Notes: generated from the sequence alone by a model not told the origin. DNA of 64,000 bases from Candidatus Nomurabacteria bacterium (GCA_023898605.1 CP060230.1:466444-530443), one strand, 5' to 3'. Shown: positions 17,728 through 27,927, numbered from the stretch's first letter. Numbers and translations: made by a program.

Positions 17728-17769
17728 TTTTGGGTGAAAGGTTATTTTTTCGTGATACAATTTACCCAT

Positions 17770-18735
17770 ATGAAAGAAAACGATCATCTAGACACAGTAC
17801 TTCGGCCATCAAATTGGGAAGAATATATAGGCCAAGAATCTATAAAACAAAACCTGAAAATACTACTCAAAGCAGCAGAAGAGCGCGGTCACACAGCTGA
17901 ACATATTTTGTTTTATGGTGCACCGGGTTTGGGTAAAACAACCCTCGCACACCTTATCGCAAAAGAAACTGGAAGAAATCTCAAAATAACTTCTGGTCCT
18001 GCAATAGAAAAAGTTGGAGACTTGGCTTCACTTCTTACAAACCTTGCTGAGGGAGATATTTTGTTTATAGACGAGATACACAGACTAAACAAAATGATAG
18101 AAGAGGTTCTATACCCCGCTATGGAGTCTGGTGTTTTAGATATAATAATCGGCAAAGGTCCGTCTGCAAGAAGTATTCAGCTTGACCTGCCACCCTTTAC
18201 TCTTGTTGCAGCAACCACAAGAGTTGCATTACTTTCTGCCCCACTTAGATCTAGGTTTGGCGGAGGATCTTTTAGATTGGATTTTTACAAAACAGAAGAA
18301 ATAGCAGAAATCATAAAAAGGTCTGCAAAAATACTTGGTATAGAAATAGAAGAAGAAGCTTTGTTGGAAATCGCCAAAAGATCTCGTTTTACACCGAGAA
18401 CAGCAAACTACTTTTTAAAAAGGTGTCGTGATTACGCCCAGGTTCACAAAAAATCACTCGACAAAAAAACTGTTTTTCTAGCGCTATCACTTCTAGGGAT
18501 AGACGAGTATGGACTTTCTGAACTCGACAGAAAAGTTCTAGAAATAATAATCGACAAGTTTTCTGGTGGACCAGTAGGACTAACAACAATCGCAACTGCT
18601 CTGTCGGAAGATGAAGCCACAATAGAAGATGTTGTTGAGCCATATCTAATACAAGAAGGTTTTATAGAAAAAACTCCAAGAGGTCGTGTCGCGACAAAGA
18701 AAGCTTTTCAGCACTTGGGTTTTGAAAAAAAATAA
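17770..18735 (+). CDS. ruvB: Holliday junction DNA helicase RuvB (ORF track start 17734; ATG 17770 follows an extended -10 TGATACAAT, possibly leaderless)
   Basis: AAA+ Walker [12 protein letters not shown], Walker [11 protein letters not shown], sensor and winged-helix C-terminal domains. Confidence 0.9.
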   Translation: MKENDHLDTVLRPSNWEEYIGQESIKQNLKILLKAAEERGHTAEHILFYGAPGLGKTTLAHLIAKETGRNLKITSGPAIEKVGDLASLLTNLAEGDILFIDEIHRLNKMIEEVLYPAMESGVLDIIIGKGPSARSIQLDLPPFTLVAATTRVALLSAPLRSRFGGGSFRLDFYKTEEIAEIIKRSAKILGIEIEEEALLEIAKRSRFTPRTANYFLKRCRDYAQVHKKSLDKKTVFLALSLLGIDEYGLSELDRKVLEIIIDKFSGGPVGLTTIATALSEDEATIEDVVEPYLIQEGFIEKTPRGRVATKKAFQHLGFEKK

Positions 18736-18736
18736 T

Positions 18737-19225
18737 ATGAAAATAATGGGCATAGATCCAGGTTTTGATCGTCTTGGTTTTGCTTTTATAGAAAAAAACC
18801 CTGGTCAAAAAGAAGTTATTCTAAACTCTGGAACAATAACTACAGATAAAAAAGAAACTCATCCAAAAAGATTTTCTTACATAAGAAGCGAGCTTGTAAA
18901 AATACTTGAAAAAGAAAAACCGGATATTGTTGGTGTAGAAAGTATTCTTTTTTCAAACAATCAAAAAACTGCTGTTTTAGTAAGTGGTGTAAGGGGTGTG
19001 ATACTCGAGGTTTTGGGTTCTTATGATTTTGATGTAATAGAGGTAAACCCAAAAACAGTGAAACTTTCTGTGACAGGCTCTGGGTCCTCTGATAAAAAGG
19101 CGATTTTAAAAATACTTCCAAAAATAATAGCTTTTCCAGAAAAAAAGATGCTTGACGACGAGGTTGACGCCATAGCGATAGCGCTTACAACCAGTACTCT
19201 TTCGACTTTTCCACAAAAAGCATAG
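18737..19225 (+). CDS. ruvC: crossover junction endodeoxyribonuclease RuvC
   Basis: MKIMGIDPGFDRLGFAFIE (catalytic Asp in GIDPG), RNase-H-like fold length; ORF-track start 18686 overlaps ruvB, ATG 18737 is more plausible. Confidence 0.85.
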   Translation: MKIMGIDPGFDRLGFAFIEKNPGQKEVILNSGTITTDKKETHPKRFSYIRSELVKILEKEKPDIVGVESILFSNNQKTAVLVSGVRGVILEVLGSYDFDVIEVNPKTVKLSVTGSGSSDKKAILKILPKIIAFPEKKMLDDEVDAIAIALTTSTLSTFPQKA

Positions 19226-19303
19226 ACTCGACTTGCCAAGCTTTTTTGGTTTTGGTACAAAATAGTTTATCGAGTTATTAATAAAATAATTTTTCAAAAA
19301 AAC

Positions 19304-19486
19304 ATGAGCGATTTTGAAGAAAATTACAACGAAGATCAAGAGTTGAACCCAGAAATGGAAGAACTGGATTCTGAGCTTGAAGACGATGAATTAGAAAGTG
19401 ACGATCTTGATGAAGAATCTGAAGACATGGGAGATGATGAAGACGACGACATGGACTTTGGAGGAGACGACGAGGACGAAGACTAA
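19304..19486 (+). CDS. extremely acidic 60-aa peptide (D/E about 60%)
   Basis: MSDFEENYNEDQELNPEMEELDSELEDDELESDDLDEESEDMGDDEDDDMDFGGDDEDED; followed directly by a strong terminator. Confidence 0.4.
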   Translation: MSDFEENYNEDQELNPEMEELDSELEDDELESDDLDEESEDMGDDEDDDMDFGGDDEDED

Positions 19487-19496
19487 TACAAAATAA

Positions 19497-19520
19497 AAAG
19501 ACCCCGATCGGGGTCTTTTT
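19497..19520. terminator. bidirectional Rho-independent terminator GACCCCGATCGGGGTC flanked by A5/T5
   Basis: Perfect palindromic GC-rich stem with A-run upstream and T-run downstream; sits between converging acidic-peptide ORF and tyrS. Confidence 0.8.
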
Positions 19521-20859
19521 ATTTTATTTCTACAAAGTTCTTTGCGCCTATTTTGTATTTTTTTCCTTCTTTCAAGTCTTCTATATTTTCTATCTTTTGA
19601 TCGCTTTCTATATCTTTTATGGCACCCTGTGATACAAGCCTTCTAAGGTCGCTTCTAGAAGAAACTATTTGTTTTTCTAGTAAAGATTCAACTATGGAGT
19701 CCTTATTTATTTCTATGAAATTATCTATATTGTCTTTCTTTTGAAATTTATTTATGAAGTCTTGTTCTGCTTTTTTGGCCTTTTCTTCTCCGTGATATAT
19801 AGAAACTATTTCTCTCGCTAATCTCATTTTTAACTCTTTTGGATTTTCTCCGGCTTCAACTTGTTTTTTTATTTGTTCTATGTCAGAAAGTGGTGTAAAT
19901 GTGCAAAGCTCAAAATACTCACCTATCAAAGAGTCTCCAATAGACATTATTTTTCCATACATATCCCAAGGCTCATCTGTAATAGCGATATAGTTATCTA
20001 GACTTTTTGACATTTTTTCTTTACCGTCTGTTCCAACCAAAACATTCATGGCCATGACAGCTTGGGGTGACTGATTGTTCATTTTCATAACATCTCGTCC
20101 AATCATCATATTGAATGTTTGGTCATTTCCCCCTATTTCTAGATCACATGACCCATATATTTTTGAGAGGGCGTACGAGTCTACACCCTGAAGAACTGGG
20201 TACATCATCTCGTGCATAAAAAGCTCATCACCTTTATTGAGTCTGTCTTGGAACATGTCCCTTTCTATAAGTCTTGCGTGTGTTAGTTTTCTGAGGGTTC
20301 TCAAGAAAGATGCCATTGTTATAGTTAATATTTCTTTTTTGTTCAGAACTTTCTTTTGCATCCTTGTTTCGCTAAACAGAATTGTTTTACCAACCAAAGA
20401 TTTTGGGTTTATTCCCCTGTTTAAAATCCTTATCAATATTCCATCTTTTGGCTCTATGTCGGCAGGTGACAGAAACCAGTCGGAGTTTCTAATCCATGAA
20501 AAAACTTTTTTATCTGTTTTTAGTATTTTCCCAACTTGAGCAAGATATGTCTTCATATTCTTCTCAACCTCTTTCTGGTCTATCTCGGGTCTAACTTTGC
20601 TTTTTCCTGTTGGGTCTCCAATAAGAGAGGTGAAGTCTCCAATAAGAAAAATAACCTTTGCGCCAAGATCTTGCATTTTTCTAAGCTTCAACAAAACCAC
20701 CGCGTGGCCCAGATGAATGTCTGGCCTTGTTGGATCAACTCCAAATTTTATAACTACCTTTTCTGGACTATTGGTCAATTTTTCTTTGAAATCTCCGTTT
20801 GGGTCTATAAATGATGAAATACCCCTTTCAAAAATATCCTCTTTTATCTTCTGTGACAT
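19519..20859 (-). CDS. tyrS: tyrosine--tRNA ligase
   Basis: HIGH motif (PDIHLGHAV), KMSKS motif, C-terminal S4-like domain; 446 aa. Confidence 0.85.
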   Translation of the reverse strand: MSQKIKEDIFERGISSFIDPNGDFKEKLTNSPEKVVIKFGVDPTRPDIHLGHAVVLLKLRKMQDLGAKVIFLIGDFTSLIGDPTGKSKVRPEIDQKEVEKNMKTYLAQVGKILKTDKKVFSWIRNSDWFLSPADIEPKDGILIRILNRGINPKSLVGKTILFSETRMQKKVLNKKEILTITMASFLRTLRKLTHARLIERDMFQDRLNKGDELFMHEMMYPVLQGVDSYALSKIYGSCDLEIGGNDQTFNMMIGRDVMKMNNQSPQAVMAMNVLVGTDGKEKMSKSLDNYIAITDEPWDMYGKIMSIGDSLIGEYFELCTFTPLSDIEQIKKQVEAGENPKELKMRLAREIVSIYHGEEKAKKAEQDFINKFQKKDNIDNFIEINKDSIVESLLEKQIVSSRSDLRRLVSQGAIKDIESDQKIENIEDLKEGKKYKIGAKNFVEIK

Positions 20860-20895
20860 AAGGAAAATATATCATATTCGTGGTATATTTTCCTT

Positions 20896-23406
20896 ATGCA
20901 AAGAAAAAAGTCTAAGTTAAGACATGGTTTGGAGATCCTTTTTTTTGGATTTGGAAGCTTTGTCCTTTTTGGAATAGCCTCTAGTATTATCTGGGCTTCT
21001 ACAATGGAAATACCTGATTTTGGCGCTTTTGAAGAGAGAAAAGTGGCTAGTTCAACAAAAATATATGACTCAACTGGAGAGGTTCTCCTTTATGATGTAA
21101 ATAAAGATATAAGAAGAACGGTTATACCTTTTGAGGAAATGGGTGACAATATAAAAAATGCAACTGTGGCAATAGAAGACTGGAAATTTTATGAACACTC
21201 CGGTATAAGACCAACGTCTATAATAAGAGCTCTTTTTGCAAACCTGAGCAGTGGCTCTCTTTCTCAAGGAGGATCAACTATTACTCAGCAAATTGTAAAA
21301 AACACACTTCTTACAACAGATAAGAAAATTTCTAGAAAAATAAAAGAGGTTATTTTGGCAGTAAAAGTTGAACAAAAACTTTCAAAAGATGAAATCTTAA
21401 CCATATATCTAAACGAAGCACCTTATGGTGGTGTTGTTTATGGAATAAAAGAAGCCTCTGAAACATTTTATGGGAAGGATCCAGCTGAACTAACTATAGC
21501 TGAGTCTGCTTATCTGGCAGCAATACCGCAGGCTCCTACATACTATTCACCAAGGGGTGAACATAGAGACAGATTAGAAGAGAGAAAAAATCTTGTTCTA
21601 AGTAGAATGTTAGACCTAAATTATATAACAAGGGAAGAATATGACGCGGCAATAACAGAAGAAGTTGCCTTCATCCCACAAGAACCAAACAGTATAAAGG
21701 CTCCTCATTTTGTTTTTATGATTAAGTCTCTTTTGGAAGAAAAATATGGAACAGATATGGTTGAGTCTGGTGGATTAAAAGTTATAACTACACTAGATTG
21801 GGAGCTTCAGAAAAAAGTTGAAGAGACAGTAAAAGAAAATGCTATAAAAAACGAAGAATCTTGGGGTGCTGAGAATCAAGCTGCTGTTGCTATAGATCCA
21901 AAGACTGGTTATATATTGGCACTTACTGGTTCTAGAGATTATTTCGACAAAGAAATAGATGGTAGTTTCAACGTCGCTACTGCTTACAGACAACCTGGTT
22001 CATCATTCAAGCCGTTCGTATACGCAACAGCCTTTAAAAAGGGTTATACGCCTGATACAGCGATTTTTGATGTACCTACAGAGTTCCAGGCTGGTTGTGA
22101 CGCATATGGCAACGCTGTGACTGTTTCTCAAGACAAGTGTTATAAACCAAGCAACTATGATGGCGCTTATTTAGGGCCACTTACTTTGAGAAATGCTTTG
22201 GCTCAATCAAGAAACATTCCAGCGGTAAAAATGCTTTATTTGGTTGGTGTTACTGACTCCCTAAAAACAGCAAAAGAAATGGGTATAACATCTCTCGGAG
22301 AAAAAGATCAGTATGGACTTACTCTTGTTTTGGGAGGTGGTGAAGTTTCCCCTCTTGAAATGGCTTCTGCATATGGAGTATTTGCAAACGCAGGTGTTAG
22401 AAATCCTTATACAGGAATACTAAGTGTAGAAAGAAAAGATGGAACAGTTTTGGAATCTTACGCTCCAAAACCAGAAACAGTTCTAGATAGAAACGTAGCT
22501 GCTCTTATAAACGATGTTTTGTCAGACAACGTTGCTAGAACACCTCTTTTTGGTCCAACATCATTCCTATATTTTGGAGATAGACCAGTAGCTGGTAAAA
22601 CAGGTACCACAAACAACAACAGAGACGCTTGGCTTGTTGGTTATACTCCGGATGTTGTAGTTGCTGTGTGGAGTGGTAACAACGACAACACCTCTATGAA
22701 AAAAGGTTCTTCTATATCTGGTCCGTCTTTCAACGCTATTATGAATGAATATTTGAAAGATAAACCTATAGCTTATTTTGATGAACCTATTATTTCTTAT
22801 AATGAAACAACTAAACCTATAATTAGAGGTTATTGGCAGGGTGGAGAATCATTCTTTATCGACACAATATCTGGAGGACTAGCAACAAACTTAACCCCTG
22901 AAGAAACAAAGGAAGAAAAAATAATAACAAATGTTCATACAATACTTCATTGGATAAATAAAAGTGATCCAACGGGGCCATCTCCTATAAATCCAGAAAG
23001 TGACTCACAATATAGTCGTTGGGAAACTGCTGTTCAAAACTGGTGGGCTCAAAATGCTTATAAATATCCAGAAGTTTTTTCTGGAGATAAACCGGGATTC
23101 TTTGATGATGTACACACTGAGGCAAACATACCTGATATAGAAATATCAAACATAAATAATTATCAAATATTCTCAAACACTAGTAATGTAAAAATAGATG
23201 TCGATACCGACTCTAAATATCCAATAGATTCTGTTAGCTTTTTTGTAAATGGTATTTTCTTGGGAGTAGATGAAACAAAACCTTACAGCTATTCATTCTC
23301 ACCTATGGACTTTGGTTTTAGTGGTGATGTAAAAATATCCGTTTCTGCAACGGACTCTGTTTATAACAAGGTTTCTGATGAGAAATATATAACTGTTATA
23401 AATTAG
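20896..23406 (+). CDS. class A penicillin-binding protein (bifunctional glycosyltransferase/transpeptidase, PBP1A-like) with C-terminal extra domain
   Basis: N-terminal TM, GT51 motifs (EDWKFYEHSGI, GGSTITQQ), transpeptidase SxxK (SSFKP), SxN, KTGT; 836 aa. Confidence 0.85.
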   Translation: MQRKKSKLRHGLEILFFGFGSFVLFGIASSIIWASTMEIPDFGAFEERKVASSTKIYDSTGEVLLYDVNKDIRRTVIPFEEMGDNIKNATVAIEDWKFYEHSGIRPTSIIRALFANLSSGSLSQGGSTITQQIVKNTLLTTDKKISRKIKEVILAVKVEQKLSKDEILTIYLNEAPYGGVVYGIKEASETFYGKDPAELTIAESAYLAAIPQAPTYYSPRGEHRDRLEERKNLVLSRMLDLNYITREEYDAAITEEVAFIPQEPNSIKAPHFVFMIKSLLEEKYGTDMVESGGLKVITTLDWELQKKVEETVKENAIKNEESWGAENQAAVAIDPKTGYILALTGSRDYFDKEIDGSFNVATAYRQPGSSFKPFVYATAFKKGYTPDTAIFDVPTEFQAGCDAYGNAVTVSQDKCYKPSNYDGAYLGPLTLRNALAQSRNIPAVKMLYLVGVTDSLKTAKEMGITSLGEKDQYGLTLVLGGGEVSPLEMASAYGVFANAGVRNPYTGILSVERKDGTVLESYAPKPETVLDRNVAALINDVLSDNVARTPLFGPTSFLYFGDRPVAGKTGTTNNNRDAWLVGYTPDVVVAVWSGNNDNTSMKKGSSISGPSFNAIMNEYLKDKPIAYFDEPIISYNETTKPIIRGYWQGGESFFIDTISGGLATNLTPEETKEEKIITNVHTILHWINKSDPTGPSPINPESDSQYSRWETAVQNWWAQNAYKYPEVFSGDKPGFFDDVHTEANIPDIEISNINNYQIFSNTSNVKIDVDTDSKYPIDSVSFFVNGIFLGVDETKPYSYSFSPMDFGFSGDVKISVSATDSVYNKVSDEKYITVIN

Positions 23407-23408
23407 TT

Positions 23409-23684
23409 TTATAAAATATCTAAAACAAAATATTCTTTCTCGGTTTTGTTTTTTAGATTTTTTATAATCTCATCTTTTTTTGTTTTTAGAAAAACTTTTT
23501 CTGGTCCTGAAAAAATTTTTATAGAAATAACTCCATCTTTTATTTTGATATCTTTTATTTTTTGATCTATTTCAAAACCTAGTTGGTTTTTTATTTCATT
23601 TAAAATAATTTCTTTATCTTTAGAATAATAATTTATTCTTTGTTTTATTTTTTTTAAAAAAGATTCTATGTGTTCTTCTTTCAT
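23409..23684 (-). CDS. small hypothetical protein directly downstream of dnaN; possibly DUF721-like
   Basis: 91 aa, 1-nt gap after dnaN; weak resemblance to DUF721 small proteins often found in dnaN neighbourhoods. Confidence 0.3.
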   Translation of the reverse strand: MKEEHIESFLKKIKQRINYYSKDKEIILNEIKNQLGFEIDQKIKDIKIKDGVISIKIFSGPEKVFLKTKKDEIIKNLKNKTEKEYFVLDIL

Positions 23685-23685
23685 T

Positions 23686-24783
23686 TTATCTATTGAGTGG
23701 CATTACTAGATAAAGAAAACTTTTATCAGAATTTCCTTTTATAACCATTGGTTTATTTTCATCCATAAAAGAGATAATAATAGAGTCATCTTCTATAAAA
23801 GATAGTGAATCTAATATGTATTTATAATTATAACTAGCTTCTAATTTGTCTCCTTTTATAACAGCGTCTATTTCTATAACACTATCTCCAACGTCTGGGT
23901 TTTTTGTTTCTACTACAAATTTTTTATCTGTTGGAAGAATTTTAATATTTATATTATTGAATTTATCTGTAAAATAAGTCGATGTTTTTAATGCATCTAT
24001 AAAATCTTTTTTCAAAATAGTTGCACTTGTTTTAGAGTCTTTTGGAATTATTTGTCTATAATCAGGAAATACTCCGTCTATAATCCTGGTTGTAAAATAT
24101 ATTTTTTCAGATTTTATAGATATTTGATTTTTAGAAATAATAAGTTCAACATCACTATTTATTTCTTCTAAAATTCTAAGTAATTCTCCACAGTTTTTTA
24201 TAGGAATAATTATCCCTTCTATGTCATCTGTTTTTTTAAGTAGTGTTTTTTTCTCAGCTAATCTAAAAGAATCTGTAGCGGTGGATATAAGATGTCCATT
24301 TTCTATATAAATATAAACACTGGCTATTTCTGGTTTTATATCACTAAGTGATGCACTAAAAGATACTGATTTTATAACTTCATAAAGTTTTTTACTAGAA
24401 ATAATTATATTTTGACCCTCTACTTTTGGAAGTATTGGAAACTCATCATCCTCAAGTACTTTTATATTTGAATTTTGAGCTTTTGTAGATATTTTAAGAA
24501 TTGAATCTTTTTTCTCTAATGTTATATTTTCTTTTGCTTTTAAATTTGATATAGCTCCGCTCAAAGTGACGCCATGAACAACTGTTTCTCCTTCTTTTTC
24601 TATTTGACCGTCTATTTCATATTCAACACCAATATTTAAATTTGTTGCTTTAAGTATTATTTTATTTTTCTTTACTTCTATTTTAATACCAGAAAGTATT
24701 GGTAATGTAAGATTTTTACCTGTAACTCTTTCTACCATCGATACTGCTTTTTGGATATCTTCACTTTTAACAATACATTTCAT
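23686..24783 (-). CDS. dnaN: DNA polymerase III beta subunit (sliding clamp)
   Basis: Three-domain clamp length (365 aa), N-terminal MKCIVKSEDIQKAVSMVERVTGKN...LPILSGIKIEV typical of DnaN; position downstream of dnaA. Confidence 0.85.
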   Translation of the reverse strand: MKCIVKSEDIQKAVSMVERVTGKNLTLPILSGIKIEVKKNKIILKATNLNIGVEYEIDGQIEKEGETVVHGVTLSGAISNLKAKENITLEKKDSILKISTKAQNSNIKVLEDDEFPILPKVEGQNIIISSKKLYEVIKSVSFSASLSDIKPEIASVYIYIENGHLISTATDSFRLAEKKTLLKKTDDIEGIIIPIKNCGELLRILEEINSDVELIISKNQISIKSEKIYFTTRIIDGVFPDYRQIIPKDSKTSATILKKDFIDALKTSTYFTDKFNNINIKILPTDKKFVVETKNPDVGDSVIEIDAVIKGDKLEASYNYKYILDSLSFIEDDSIIISFMDENKPMVIKGNSDKSFLYLVMPLNR

Positions 24784-24979
24784 AATTCTTTATATATAAA
24801 TTTATTATTACTATTAAGGGTGTTTATATGTGTATATCTTTTTTAATTCTTATAATTCAACACTTTTTTTAAAATCTATATGTTAATTCTTTTATAAAAA
24901 TTTTTTAACAAACACTGACTTATATTTTTTTATTTTTTTTATTAACATTTATAAAAAATTTTTAACATAATTATTAACA
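24784..24979. promoter_or_regulatory. candidate oriC / DNA unwinding element: 196-bp extremely AT-rich dnaA-dnaN spacer with two TTATTAACA (degenerate DnaA-box-like) copies
   Basis: Very AT-rich spacer; TTATTAACA at 24939 and 24971; classic dnaA-dnaN location of bacterial origins. Confidence 0.35.
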
Positions 24980-26329
24980 CTATTTAAACAATAAACGCAG
25001 TCTTTCTACTTCATCAACTAATTCTGGATCTTTACTTAAATCGTTTTTTATCTTTGTACACGAGTGAATTACTGTTGTATGGTCTTTTCCACCAAGTTTT
25101 TGTCCTATATGAGGGAATGAAATATTGAAATCTTCTCTCAATATATACATAATCACCTGCCTCGCTTTAACAATCTCTTTTCTTCTAGTTCTATCATAAA
25201 TAGAACTAGTTTCTATATTATAAAAATCAGAAACAATAAAAACTATATCATCTATAGATATATTCTTTTTTGGCTTTATATTGTTTTTTAAGAGGTTTTT
25301 TATCTCTTTTTGAGACAAAGGCTTATTTTTGATTTTTTGACTACAAAGAATCGAATTAAAACACCCTTCCAACTCTCTTATGTTTCCAGAAATACTTTGA
25401 GCAATAACATCTATTATTTCATCTTCTATCAACTCCTCTTGCTCTTCTGCTTTTTTTCTAAGTATTGCCACTCTAGATTCATACTCAGGTTCATTTATAT
25501 TTACAGTCATTCCTTGAGAAAACCTTGATTTTAAACGATCTTCTAATCCTGTTATAAAATGAGGGTGTTTATCTGAAGAAAATATAATTTGCTTATTGTT
25601 TTCATAAAGTTCATTGAATAAATGAAACAACTCTTCTTGAGTTTTATCTTTTCCAGAGATAAATTGAATATCATCCATTATTAAAACATCATATTTTCTA
25701 TATTTTTCTTTAAAAAGATTTGCTTTATTGTTTTGTACTGAGTTTATATAGTCTACAGAAAATCTCTCAAGTGTTGTATAAAAAACTCTTTTTTCTGCAA
25801 AATTTGTTTTTATAGTATTCCCTACTGCTTGTATAAGGTGTGTTTTTCCTAAACCAGTATCTCCATAGATGAAAAACGGATTATATATTTGTCCCGGTTG
25901 TTTAACTATAGCTTGAGAAGCCGCGTGTGCTAATTCATTGAAACCACCAACAATAAAAGAATCAAAAGTATATCTAGGATTCAAATTATCTTCCTTGTTT
26001 ATATAAAGATCTTTTAGAGGAAGTTCTTTTTTTACAATCTCATCCAAGGTTTCTTTTTTTATTTCTTTCTTAGGAGATTGACCAGCTTTTACTATTTGGA
26101 ATTCAATAGATCTTATTCCAGCATCGACATTATCTATCATACTCTTCAAAATCAGAGATTGATATTTATTTGAAAGCCACTCTTTTACAAATTCATTTGG
26201 AACACCAACATAAACAGTTCCCCCATCTTGTTTAACAATTGAGGTGTGTTTGAACCAAGTACTAAAATTAGCGCGAGATACGCTAGTTTCTATTTGCTTT
26301 AAGCATTGGTTCCAAATAGTGTTATCCAT
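24980..26329 (-). CDS. dnaA: chromosomal replication initiator protein DnaA
   Basis: AAA+ Walker A GDTGLGKTHL, Walker B VLIMDDIQF, C-terminal DNA-binding domain; 449 aa. Confidence 0.9.
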   Translation of the reverse strand: MDNTIWNQCLKQIETSVSRANFSTWFKHTSIVKQDGGTVYVGVPNEFVKEWLSNKYQSLILKSMIDNVDAGIRSIEFQIVKAGQSPKKEIKKETLDEIVKKELPLKDLYINKEDNLNPRYTFDSFIVGGFNELAHAASQAIVKQPGQIYNPFFIYGDTGLGKTHLIQAVGNTIKTNFAEKRVFYTTLERFSVDYINSVQNNKANLFKEKYRKYDVLIMDDIQFISGKDKTQEELFHLFNELYENNKQIIFSSDKHPHFITGLEDRLKSRFSQGMTVNINEPEYESRVAILRKKAEEQEELIEDEIIDVIAQSISGNIRELEGCFNSILCSQKIKNKPLSQKEIKNLLKNNIKPKKNISIDDIVFIVSDFYNIETSSIYDRTRRKEIVKARQVIMYILREDFNISFPHIGQKLGGKDHTTVIHSCTKIKNDLSKDPELVDEVERLRLLFK

Positions 26330-26493
26330 AAAAATATATTTGTAATTATAATCGTTAATTTAAAAACTAAGTAATTTGTCTAAAATGTTAAAAACATGTT
26401 TATAACTGTGGAAAACTTTTATAACAAAGAATATCTTAAAAAAAGACTTCTGTATATAGACATTTCTAAAAAACCAGTGTATACTTCGCCCAT

Positions 26494-26628
26494 ATGTCAG
26501 TAACATATCAACCAAAAAAGAGAAAAAGAGCAAAAACTCACGGATTTCTAACTAGAACTAAGACCTCTACTGGGAAAAAAGTACTACAAGCTAGAAGAAG
26601 AAAAGGTAGAGCAAAACTTGCTGTTTAG
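26494..26628 (+). CDS. rpmH: 50S ribosomal protein L34 (below the 60-aa ORF-track cutoff)
   Basis: Translates to [44 protein letters not shown], a near-canonical L34; immediately upstream of rnpA. Confidence 0.8.
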   Translation: MSVTYQPKKRKRAKTHGFLTRTKTSTGKKVLQARRRKGRAKLAV

Positions 26629-26630
26629 GC

Positions 26631-26963
26631 ATGTTAAATAAGATTTTTAGACTAAAAAGTGTAGATTTTGATCAAAAATTCGTATTTTTTTACGAAAATG
26701 ACGTTTTTTCTCTAAAAAAGACCAGGGAACCCAAGGAATTGGGTTTTTCTGTTGTAATACCTAAAAAAATCATAAAAAGCGCGGTAAAAAGACACAGAAT
26801 AAAGAGAATTGTTTTGGCTGAAGTTTCAAAAAACCTATATAAAATAAGGCTAAAAAACAAAATACTTATTTTTATAAAGAAAGAAATAAACAATAAGACA
26901 GAAAATGAAACAAAAACAGAAATAGAGAAAATGGTTCATTTTTTAATAAACCAAAATGTCTAA
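26631..26963 (+). CDS. rnpA: ribonuclease P protein component
   Basis: 110 aa basic protein with KKIIKSAVKRHRIKRIV (RNR-like motif); rpmH-rnpA-yidD-yidC synteny. Confidence 0.8.
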   Translation: MLNKIFRLKSVDFDQKFVFFYENDVFSLKKTREPKELGFSVVIPKKIIKSAVKRHRIKRIVLAEVSKNLYKIRLKNKILIFIKKEINNKTENETKTEIEKMVHFLINQNV

Positions 26964-27183
26964 AATAGCTATTATTTTTATAGATTTTTACCAAAAAATC
27001 AAAAAAACCCTTATAAAACAAGGCATTTTGAGTGGTAATAGAGTTTGCAGGTTTTACCCAACTTGTTCACAGTATACAAAAGAGGCCCTTCAAAAACATG
27101 GTTTTTTCAAAGGGCTTTTTCTTGGTGTTAGAAGGGTTTTGAAATGCCACCCTTTCTCAGAACACAAAATAGATAAAATATAA
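26956..27183 (+). CDS. yidD: membrane protein insertion efficiency factor YidD
   Basis: CRFYPTCSQY conserved YidD motif; 75 aa. Confidence 0.8.
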   Translation: MSKIAIIFIDFYQKIKKTLIKQGILSGNRVCRFYPTCSQYTKEALQKHGFFKGLFLGVRRVLKCHPFSEHKIDKI

Positions 27184-27221
27184 GTTTGATATATATAGAT
27201 ATTTTAATATAATATATCCCT

Positions 27222-27926
27222 ATGGGGATATGGAATAATTTGTTTTTTGAGCCGCTTTACAACGCTCTTATTTTTTTAATAAATATTTTACCAGATGCTG
27301 GTTTGGCGATAGTTTCTTTGACGATAGTTGTAAAACTAATACTCTTCCCCATTCAAACCAAATCTATAAAAAGCCAGATTGAGCTCAAAAAAATAGAGCC
27401 AGAAGTTCAAAAAATAAAAGAAGAATATAAAGACAAAGAAGAGCAAGCCAAAAAAACATTTGAACTATATAAAAATAAAAAAATAAACCCATTTTCAGGT
27501 TGTTTACTGCTTCTTATACAACTTCCTATAATTATCGCTCTTTACCAAGTATTTTTACAAGATTTCTCCGCCGACCACAGCTATCTATATAACTTTTTAT
27601 CCTTTCCAGAAAATATAAACTATACATTTTTAGGTTTTCTTGATATAAGAGAAAAGAGTATAGTTTTGGCGGTTCTTACCGGACTCAGCCAATTCTTCCA
27701 AACAAGGCTAATGATGGGAAGGACAGCATCTAGTTCTCCTTCTGGATCAGGTTTTGGGCAAGATCTTGCAAAGACAATGAATATGCAGATGAAATACTTC
27801 CTACCTGTTTTTATTGCATTTGTAGCAAGCAGATTACCTAGTGCGGTTGCGCTGTATTGGACAACAAGTAACCTTTTTGGAGTTCTTCACGAGTGGTATT
27901 TGAAGAAAAAAAGCGAAAAAGAATAA
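27222..27926 (+). CDS. yidC: membrane protein insertase YidC (short Oxa1-like form)
   Basis: 5-TM core, conserved PILFPL/LYW regions of YidC/Oxa1; 234 aa. Confidence 0.8.
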   Translation: MGIWNNLFFEPLYNALIFLINILPDAGLAIVSLTIVVKLILFPIQTKSIKSQIELKKIEPEVQKIKEEYKDKEEQAKKTFELYKNKKINPFSGCLLLLIQLPIIIALYQVFLQDFSADHSYLYNFLSFPENINYTFLGFLDIREKSIVLAVLTGLSQFFQTRLMMGRTASSSPSGSGFGQDLAKTMNMQMKYFLPVFIAFVASRLPSAVALYWTTSNLFGVLHEWYLKKKSEKE

Positions 27927-27927
27927 T

